From positions 27,060 to 91,059 of the forward strand of contig LCRO01000002.1 of assembly GCA_001004665.1 (NCBI GenBank): 64,000 bases of DNA, read 5' to 3'. The position numbers were made by a program, and so were the translations under genes. A model generated the notes under the pieces. The model had not been told where the DNA came from. It did not search any database and saw only the letters and a list, made by a program, of their open reading frames with translations. This stretch comes from Candidatus Adlerbacteria bacterium GW2011_GWA1_54_10. GTDB taxonomy: Bacteria > Patescibacteriota > Minisyncoccia > Phycocordibacterales > SBAW01. Shown here one piece after another: positions 57,479 to 64,000 of the stretch (position 1 is the first letter of the stretch; each line of letters begins with the position of its first letter).

Positions 57479-58492
57479 CTACCGCTTCGCGATTATGGCT
57501 TTTTTGTACGCATCCAGATGATCGAGCGCTATGCCACTCCCCTTTGCGACGCAATAGAGCGCGTCGTCTGCCAAACGCGCCTTGACCCCTGTCCGCCGCA
57601 AAACAAGTTCGGGGAAATTGCGCAACAAGGATGTCCCTCCAGTCATCGTAATTCCGCTGTCTATAATGTCGGCCGCGAGCTCGGGAGGAGTATCTTGTAG
57701 CACGTCGCGCACTGCTTTGAGTATCTCGCGCAGCTCCTTGCCCATGGCTTTCACTATGTCGTTGGTCTTGAGCTCGCACGAGCGCGGGAGACCCGTGATG
57801 AAATCGCGCCCTCTCACCTGCATGGCCAGCTCCTCCTCGACAGGCACCGCCGAGCCTATAGCGATTTTTACGTCCTCCGCGGTCTTGTCGCCTATGGCAA
57901 GGTTGTAGGTTTTTTTTATGTAATCGGTTATCGCATGATCAAGCCTGTCCCCCGCGCATTTTATCGAGGTCGAGGCGACAATTCCGCCAAGCGATATAAC
58001 CGCGACATCGGCCGTGCCTCCGCCTATATCAACGACCATGTGCCCGCGGGCCTCCTGTATGGGGATGCCGGCGCCTATGGCGGCCAGAACCGACTCTTTG
58101 ACAACGTACGCATTGCGCGCGCCAGCGCGCACGGCGGCCTCGACGACGGCGCGGCGCTCGGTCGAAGTCACTCCGGTAGGGACGCTGATCATCACCTCGG
58201 GCTTGAAGAATTGATATTTACCGAGAGCCTTGCCTATAAAATATTTGAGCATCGCCTGCGTAACACGGTAGTCAGCAATGACGCCGTCGCGCAGAGGCCT
58301 GTACGCGATTATTTCGCTCGGCGTACGTCCTATCATCTCTTTGGCCTCGGCGCCGACCGCTAGTATGCGCTTGTCAATTTCCGATATGGCGACGACTGAC
58401 GGCTCGTTTAGCACCACGCCTTTGCCGGGCACGAATACGAGCGTGTTTGCCGTCCCCAGATCAATCCCGAGCTTTGGAGTAAAAAACGTCAT
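57479..58492 (-). CDS. mreB: MreB/Mbl paralogue
   Basis: IDLGTANT, PLRDGVIAD, DIGGGT, TGG. Confidence 0.93.
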   Translation of the reverse strand: MTFFTPKLGIDLGTANTLVFVPGKGVVLNEPSVVAISEIDKRILAVGAEAKEMIGRTPSEIIAYRPLRDGVIADYRVTQAMLKYFIGKALGKYQFFKPEVMISVPTGVTSTERRAVVEAAVRAGARNAYVVKESVLAAIGAGIPIQEARGHMVVDIGGGTADVAVISLGGIVASTSIKCAGDRLDHAITDYIKKTYNLAIGDKTAEDVKIAIGSAVPVEEELAMQVRGRDFITGLPRSCELKTNDIVKAMGKELREILKAVRDVLQDTPPELAADIIDSGITMTGGTSLLRNFPELVLRRTGVKARLADDALYCVAKGSGIALDHLDAYKKAIIAKR

Positions 58493-58501
58493 GGTGAAAT
58501 A

Positions 58502-59728
58502 CTATATTTGCTCTCTCTTTATGTTAAGGCCGAGCTTTGAAAGGCGCTCTTCTATTGCGAGATAGCCGCGGTCTATTATATAGGCGTTGTTTACTACCGA
58601 AGTCCCCTCGGCGACCGTCGCCGCAAGGATATACGCAAGGCCGGCGCGCAGGTCCGGCCCCTCCAGCTCCTGCGCCGAAAGAGCGCGCGGGCCGCGGATG
58701 CGGACTTTGTGCGGATTAAGGACTTCGATATCGGCACCCATGCGCGCCAAATCCTCCGCATAACGGAAGCGCCCGTCAAAAATAGTCTCGAGTATCGTCG
58801 CTTCTCCCTCCGCCTGCGTCAAAAATACCGCCATGGTCGCCTGCAGATCGGTCGGGAAGCCGGGATATTCGTGCGTGCGCACCGATACCGCCTGCGGCAA
58901 GGTTAAACCTTGCCGCAGGCTTATGGAACTCTCTCCTATTTCGAATTTGATTCCGGCGCGCGCGAGCAATGAAAGCAGGGCCGCAGAATGTTTGGGCTCG
59001 CAATCGACAATTTTTACATCATGCCCCGCGAGCGCGGCCAATATTAGGAAGCTCCCGGTCTCTATCCTGTCGGGGGGCGTTATATACGGCCTCCCATTTG
59101 CACGCAAAATGCCGCCGCCTTCAATTTTTAGCGTCGGTGTGCCCGCTCCATCGATATGCGCTCCGCAAGTATTTAAATATCCGGCAAGCGAATCTATCTC
59201 CGGCTCCATCGCGGCGTTCTCCAAAATCGTCCTCCCCTCGGCAAGGGTCGCCGCGAGCATCAGCGTTTCCGTTGCGGTAACGGAAACGAATGGAAAGAAA
59301 ATATGCGCGCCGCGCAACTTTCCTTTTATTATAAACAGGCCGTCATTTTCCACGATCTCCGCGCCCATCGCCCTGTACCCGTCCAAAAACAGGTCAATCG
59401 GCCGCTCGCCGAGCACACATCCGCCGGGGAACGGAAAAGTAACTTCGCCGTAGCGCGCAAGCACTGGACCGGTAAGCACTATCGAAGCGCGCAGACGCTC
59501 GGCTATGTCCCTGTGGAGTTCCGGATTTTGCTTAAGGCCAACGAGCAACTCGCGCATACGCCGCACGTCCTCAATTTCCGGCACGTTCTTAAATTCCACC
59601 TCGTCTTCAAACAGTATTGATGCCGCGAGAGCTTTGAGAATCGCATTTTTTGCCCCACGCACCGCGATTGTGCCTGAAAGAGCTTTTTTTCTTCCCAACC
59701 CTTCAATTACAAATTTACTTTTGTTCAT
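58502..59728 (-). CDS. murA: UDP-N-acetylglucosamine 1-carboxyvinyltransferase
   Basis: GAKNA, LRAS, PGGC..GERP, DRIE, PGFPTD, DLRAG, DRGY. Confidence 0.95.
   Translation of the reverse strand: MNKSKFVIEGLGRKKALSGTIAVRGAKNAILKALAASILFEDEVEFKNVPEIEDVRRMRELLVGLKQNPELHRDIAERLRASIVLTGPVLARYGEVTFPFPGGCVLGERPIDLFLDGYRAMGAEIVENDGLFIIKGKLRGAHIFFPFVSVTATETLMLAATLAEGRTILENAAMEPEIDSLAGYLNTCGAHIDGAGTPTLKIEGGGILRANGRPYITPPDRIETGSFLILAALAGHDVKIVDCEPKHSAALLSLLARAGIKFEIGESSISLRQGLTLPQAVSVRTHEYPGFPTDLQATMAVFLTQAEGEATILETIFDGRFRYAEDLARMGADIEVLNPHKVRIRGPRALSAQELEGPDLRAGLAYILAATVAEGTSVVNNAYIIDRGYLAIEERLSKLGLNIKREQI
58890..58920. repeat. 31-bp perfect palindrome inside murA
   Basis: gcctgcggcaaggtt-a-aaccttgccgcaggc. 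Confidence 0.9.
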
Positions 59729-59993
59729 GCTTTTTGGGATTTATTTCCCACCAGAATTTTTTGGAAAAATCCTTTGCGTCGTCGCATATGCGCTTAAGGT
59801 AGTAGAGATCCTTTGTCGGTATAGCCTGCAGAATGCGTCCCGTGCGCGGCATCGTCAGGGGCGGAATTTTGTCCCTTTTACGCGGCGCGTTGAGCCTTTC
59901 CATGAAATATTTCATCAGCTCGCCGCGCTCGGTTATCTTTTCTCTCTTGGAGCGCGCAGAAAGCTCTTCCATGTGTTTTTTGATGTGCTCCAT
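59715..59993 (-). CDS. Hypothetical basic 92-aa protein
   Basis: Clean ORF with -10 box 6 nt upstream, overlapping murA start. Confidence 0.65.
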   Translation of the reverse strand: MEHIKKHMEELSARSKREKITERGELMKYFMERLNAPRKRDKIPPLTMPRTGRILQAIPTKDLYYLKRICDDAKDFSKKFWWEINPKKHEQK

Positions 59994-60015
59994 GCGCTCA
60001 GTATATAGTAGTCAT

Positions 60016-60546
60016 ATGAAGGACGGAATCGTACAGATAGGAGCGCCGGTTTTGCGTCAAAAAGCAAAATCCGTGCCTAAAAAGGAAGTAGGCTCGCGGC
60101 GCGTGGCAAAGCTCATTGCGCGCATGAAGACGGCGCTTAAAAAAGAAAAGTTCGGCGTCGCTATCGCGGCATCGCAGGTTGGAGAGCCGTTGCGTATATT
60201 TGTCGTGGCGGGCCGCGTGTTTGAACCGGAGCGGAAAGCCTCCCAAAAGGTCCTCGGGTCGGCGAAGCCTGCGGACAAAGTGTTTATTAACCCCAAGATC
60301 ATCCGCCTATCAAGAAAGAAAAAAGAAATGACGGAGGGATGCCTTTCCGTGCGCAAAAAGTACGGCTTCGTAAAGCGGCACGAGAAGGCGACTGTCCGCG
60401 CACTGGATGAGAGCGGCGATCCTTTTATCTACAACGGCACGGAGTTGCTAGCGCAGATATTTCAGCACGAGTGCGACCATCTCGATGGCGTGCTTTATGT
60501 GGACAGGGCGGAGGAAATCCATGACGAACCCGAAAAAGAAAAATAA
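60016..60546 (+). CDS. def: Peptide deformylase
   Basis: GVAIAASQVG, EGCLS, QHECDHLDG; start at 60016. Confidence 0.95.
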   Translation: MKDGIVQIGAPVLRQKAKSVPKKEVGSRRVAKLIARMKTALKKEKFGVAIAASQVGEPLRIFVVAGRVFEPERKASQKVLGSAKPADKVFINPKIIRLSRKKKEMTEGCLSVRKKYGFVKRHEKATVRALDESGDPFIYNGTELLAQIFQHECDHLDGVLYVDRAEEIHDEPEKEK

Positions 60547-61294
60547 TCGCGAAATTTTATGTGCGTTCTTCGGCTCGGGTGCAGAGTCGGGAGATGCACT
60601 TGCACAACTCCAACGGCTTGGTCTTGAGCCCGCTCTCGTAATACGAAATAAGGAACTGCCGCCCGAAATTTACAATACAGAGTGGGATGTCTTCGTCGTT
60701 GCATCATACGGCAAGATCCTGCCCAAGGCCGTTCTCGACATACCAAAACACGGTTGTCTGAATATTCATCCGTCGCTGCTCCCGAAATTCCGCGGGCCTT
60801 CGCCGGTGCTTTCGGCAATTCTTGGAGATGAAAGAAAGACAGGTGTCACAATAATGCAGATGAACGAGGAAATGGACACCGGGCCGATAGTCGCGCAGGC
60901 GAGCATAGAGATAGACGAAGAGGAGTGGCCGCAGAAAGGAAGCCTGCTTACTACAATGCTTTTTACAGAAGGGGCCAATCTGCTCGTCGAAATTATGCCG
61001 CAATGGATAGCGGGCGGCATAAAGCCCGAGCCGCAGAACAACTCCGAAGCGACATATACGCGCAAGTTTACGGACGAAGATGCCCGCATCGACCCGCGCG
61101 GCGACGCTCGCGCACAATTTTTAAAAATCATGGCGTTCGATAAAAACCCTAGGGCATATTTTCTTGATTCAAGAAATCGAAGGATAATCGTCACCGACGC
61201 GGAGATAAAAGCCGATAAACTCGAGATCTTGAAAGTGATACCCGAAGGCAAAAAAGAGATGCCCTATGCCGACTTTCTACGCGGTCAAAAATGA
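60521..61294 (+). CDS. fmt: Methionyl-tRNA formyltransferase (short)
   Basis: VASYGKI, NIHPSLLP..RG, MDTGP. Confidence 0.92.
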   Translation: MTNPKKKNNREILCAFFGSGAESGDALAQLQRLGLEPALVIRNKELPPEIYNTEWDVFVVASYGKILPKAVLDIPKHGCLNIHPSLLPKFRGPSPVLSAILGDERKTGVTIMQMNEEMDTGPIVAQASIEIDEEEWPQKGSLLTTMLFTEGANLLVEIMPQWIAGGIKPEPQNNSEATYTRKFTDEDARIDPRGDARAQFLKIMAFDKNPRAYFLDSRNRRIIVTDAEIKADKLEILKVIPEGKKEMPYADFLRGQK

Positions 61295-61347
61295 GTCACG
61301 TAAATTGAGCTCAATGTTCACGACCGTGAATAATTGGCTAAAAAACA

Positions 61348-61704
61348 TCAGTGGCGCAGGCCGCGCAGGTAACCCTTGACGCGCGACGCGGTGCGGCGCA
61401 GGAGGCTTACGCGCTTTTGCTTTGCGCCGCGCAATGCGTGCAAGAGTTCCCCGAACGCGAGGTCGACGGCTCCATGCATGCTCTCTCCCCACTCCTCCGC
61501 CCTATACAGCGCCCGGCCCGCCGCAACCGTAAACTCCGCGCGATAATGGCCGCCGTCGCGCATTGGCTCGTGCGCAAGCTCCACGTCGGCGTGCACTGCA
61601 GGTCCGTCAGCCAAGAACTTTTCGGCGGCTGCGAGCTTTTTCTCCACATACCCGCGCAATTCCGGTGTAATTCCGACCCCTGTGCCCTTTAGGTTGTAAT
61701 TCAC
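61348..61704 (-). CDS. Ribosome hibernation factor (HPF/RaiA)
   Basis: ITPELRGYVEKKL, MHGAVD; GTG start. Confidence 0.88.
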   Translation of the reverse strand: MNYNLKGTGVGITPELRGYVEKKLAAAEKFLADGPAVHADVELAHEPMRDGGHYRAEFTVAAGRALYRAEEWGESMHGAVDLAFGELLHALRGAKQKRVSLLRRTASRVKGYLRGLRH

Positions 61705-61775
61705 ACCCTCATTCTAACGCAGGTTTTTTGAGGTATAATGAAGAAACAGGGCGCCTTATCAATTTTTATAACAAT

Positions 61776-61943
61776 ATGGCAGAAGTAGAAGCATACTGTG
61801 TCAAGTGCAAAGCAAAGCGTCAAATGAACGAGCCCAAAGAGGTTTCTTTCGCCGGAAAGGGCGGTCAGGAGCGCGCGGCCATGCAGGGAACGTGCCCGGT
61901 CTGCGGCACCAAGATGTTCCGGATATTGGGAAAAAAAGGATAA
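61776..61943 (+). CDS. Small zinc-ribbon protein (DUF5679-like)
   Basis: AYCVKCK...GTCPVCGTKMFRI. Confidence 0.8.
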   Translation: MAEVEAYCVKCKAKRQMNEPKEVSFAGKGGQERAAMQGTCPVCGTKMFRILGKKG

Positions 61944-61955
61944 CAGGAAGGGGGG

Positions 61956-63083
61956 TTATCGCCACTGCCGTACAATCTCCCACTTTATAGCCACGGTTGT
62001 ACCAAGCGAAAGAAGCATAAGAAGGGCCTGCGCCAGCCAACCCAGCAAGGGCACGAGTCCGAGGATGCTGTAGAGAAACACGCCGGCAAGTATCGTCTTC
62101 CAAGAGACCTCCCGGTCGCGCTTTGAGAAGTATTGATACACGACGCTCCCTACAATAATCGGCGCGACTATCCATGCAAACAACAGCGCGGCTACAAAGG
62201 CTATGAGCCCCAAAATTCCAAACGGTATGCCAACGAGTGTCACAAGCATGAGTACGGAGAGCACGGGGAGCGCCGCAAAGACCACCAAACCTCTTCCAAG
62301 CTCCAAAAGCGGGCGCTCGACCGCTTTAGCAACCGCCTCTCTGCTATAGCGCTTGAAGAGAAGACCAATAACAAGCGCACACACCAATAGCGCGAGAAAT
62401 TTCCCTATAATAAAGAGAGAGAAGACCGCCGCAATAGCCGCCACTGACACTGCTTGCGGCTTGCGCTCCTCAAAAATTACTTCTCCGCGTACGACCGCCC
62501 CATCTTCTTTCTTGAGTTCTTTGTTTGCTTTATAGGTGAGAGTGCCCGCAATGACCGCCCGGCTACCCAGTGTAAGTGTATCCGCCTCGATATTTACCGC
62601 GCCGCCGATAGGCGCATTTATGTAGACACTGCCGCCGCTAATGCGGACGTCGCCTGCAACGGGCGCGTCAATGCGTACAGTACCGCCACCTGCCGCCACG
62701 TCGCCGCCGATGCCCAGACCACCGATAGTTATTTGGCCTCCGCCTGCAATAACGTCATCCCCCACTCTCCCTTGAATAACGACGGAGCCGCCGCCCACGC
62801 GCACATCGTCGCCAACATCCGAAAGAACAACAACATTGCCGCCGCCCGCGGCGACATCCGCGCTCACTGGCCCGCTTATGACAATGCTCCCGCCGCCGGC
62901 AACAAGGTCGCCCTCAACGCTACCCGCACTTGTTATACTGCCGCCTACAACGTACAAATCGTCGCTTATGCGCTCGCTTGCAGTTGTCGACGTTTGCTCA
63001 CCGAAACGAAACTCGGCCGCCAAAGAAACAAGAGGGACAGCGAGAATCGCCGCCAAGACCGCATATCCAAAAAAAAATTTCAT
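61956..63083 (-). CDS. Bactofilin-like beta-helix protein with signal peptide and C-terminal TM bundle
   Basis: Repeated V.GD...GG.V.I.G units followed by several TM helices. Confidence 0.8.
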   Translation of the reverse strand: MKFFFGYAVLAAILAVPLVSLAAEFRFGEQTSTTASERISDDLYVVGGSITSAGSVEGDLVAGGGSIVISGPVSADVAAGGGNVVVLSDVGDDVRVGGGSVVIQGRVGDDVIAGGGQITIGGLGIGGDVAAGGGTVRIDAPVAGDVRISGGSVYINAPIGGAVNIEADTLTLGSRAVIAGTLTYKANKELKKEDGAVVRGEVIFEERKPQAVSVAAIAAVFSLFIIGKFLALLVCALVIGLLFKRYSREAVAKAVERPLLELGRGLVVFAALPVLSVLMLVTLVGIPFGILGLIAFVAALLFAWIVAPIIVGSVVYQYFSKRDREVSWKTILAGVFLYSILGLVPLLGWLAQALLMLLSLGTTVAIKWEIVRQWR

Positions 63084-63202
63084 GGGTTTAAAAGTTAGAT
63101 ACTAATGCCCCATTATACACTTTCGGCTCGAGTTCCGGCTTTCATTTTTCTACTTGGCTCGTCTGGTCAAAAAGCGGTATATTTGGTGGTGTTCATTGAT
63201 AT

Positions 63203-63277
63203 TCCGCGGTAGCTCAATGGTAGAGCAGCTCCCTGTTAAGGAGTTGGTTGTAGGTTCGAGTCCTACCCGCGGAGCCA
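63203..63277 (+). tRNA. tRNA-Asn(GTT)
   Basis: TCCGCGG/CCGCGGA-G-CCA, loop CT-GTT-AA, GGTTCGAGTCC. Confidence 0.95.
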
Positions 63278-63639
63278 GGAGACTAGATACGAACTCGGAT
63301 TTTGAAGACGAGAGGGTTCGCCCCTCGGCGGAGAACTCGTATCATCCTATTTGGCTCCCGAATTAAAACCTTCGCAAACTTTTGAAATTATTTTGCCAAA
63401 TCTGATACACAAATCCAAAAAGCGAAATCTGAAATGATGTGCCCCGCCACTATTTTTCTGGGGCAAAGGAGGCGGGGCGGCGGACTCGCCCGCGCGGAGG
63501 AGGGGTCTGGGGAGGAATCCGCGCGGGCTTCGGCTTTCTTTTTTGAAAAAATCGGCGGCTACAAAAGAAGAATCCATATATGGGATTATACCTCCATATT
63601 GAGGCATGGCGCAATAGTTGATAAAGTGATAATATATAT

Positions 63640-63846
63640 ATGGCTCAAATTTCCAAAAAACTGGGAGAAAACATCAAGCGCATACGGCTTCGCCGTAAAA
63701 TGTCGCAAGGCGACATTTGTCGAGCGATAGATATGGATAGAAGCTATATGAGTGCGATTGAAGGCGGAAAGATCAATGTTACGCTGGCAGTTTTAGAGAA
63801 GCTCGCTAATGCGCTTGATGTTTCCGTTGATGAGCTCTTGAAATAA
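63640..63846 (+). CDS. XRE family HTH regulator
   Basis: LGENIKRIR..MSQ..DRSYMSAIEGG..LANALDV. Confidence 0.9.
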   Translation: MAQISKKLGENIKRIRLRRKMSQGDICRAIDMDRSYMSAIEGGKINVTLAVLEKLANALDVSVDELLK

Positions 63847-63848
63847 TT

Positions 63849-64000
63849 ATGGAACTAAAACATAAAATTGCACTAGTCACAGGTGCTTCAAAAGGGATAG
63901 GAAAGGCAACTGCTATTGCTTTTGCAAAGGAGGGTTGTTCGGTAGTCATAAATTTTAAATCAGACGCTAAAGCCGCAAAAGAAGTGTTAGATGAGTGCAA
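63849..64000 (+). CDS. SDR family oxidoreductase, runs off the right edge
   Basis: Manual translation MELKHKIALVTGASKGIGKATAIAFAKEG (TGxxxGxG). Confidence 0.85.
   Translation, partial: MELKHKIALVTGASKGIGKATAIAFAKEGCSVVINFKSDAKAAKEVLDEC

Noticed and set aside
61295-61335. Short palindromes attgagctcaat and ttcacgaccgtgaa between fmt and hpf
   Set aside because: Short and single-copy; could be weak terminators between convergent genes or chance
63347-63607. 86-aa minus-strand ORF after tRNA-Asn
   Set aside because: Reads through GC hairpins and has no recognisable motif; more likely non-coding

Overview
Gene-dense housekeeping region of a small-genome bacterium, most likely Patescibacteria/CPR (Parcubacteria-like). 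This is an inference from the truncated AlaRS, class I LysRS, archaeal-type ND-AspRS, short ProRS, two MreB paralogues and scarce Shine-Dalgarno sites; the standard code fits because TGA acts as stop. It holds the infA-rpsI ribosomal cluster, grpE-dnaK-dnaJ, seven aminoacyl-tRNA synthetase loci, split cell-wall/division genes, dnaB-recR, a type II TA pair, three tRNAs (Pro-GGG, Glu-CTC, Asn-GTT) and the start of an AT-richer segment after tRNA-Asn. The most striking unexplained structure is about 20 short (13-63 bp) palindromic elements from several recurring families. Many sit in frame inside conserved genes (dnaK, alaS, pepA, rplU, recR, mpg, rsmH, murA, holB-like, ctpA). One 62-63 bp MITE-like element occurs twice with covarying inverted repeats. 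Also notable: apparently pervasive leaderless genes with 14-22 bp bidirectional promoters, start codons 2-6 nt after tRNA 3' ends, a 57-aa ORF missed by the track with a perfect promoter, a Tyr-rich secreted protein with no K/R/D/E, and deletion-frameshifts in aspS and mreC. Comparisons to 'typical' homologues come from recall of the families, not from alignments I ran.
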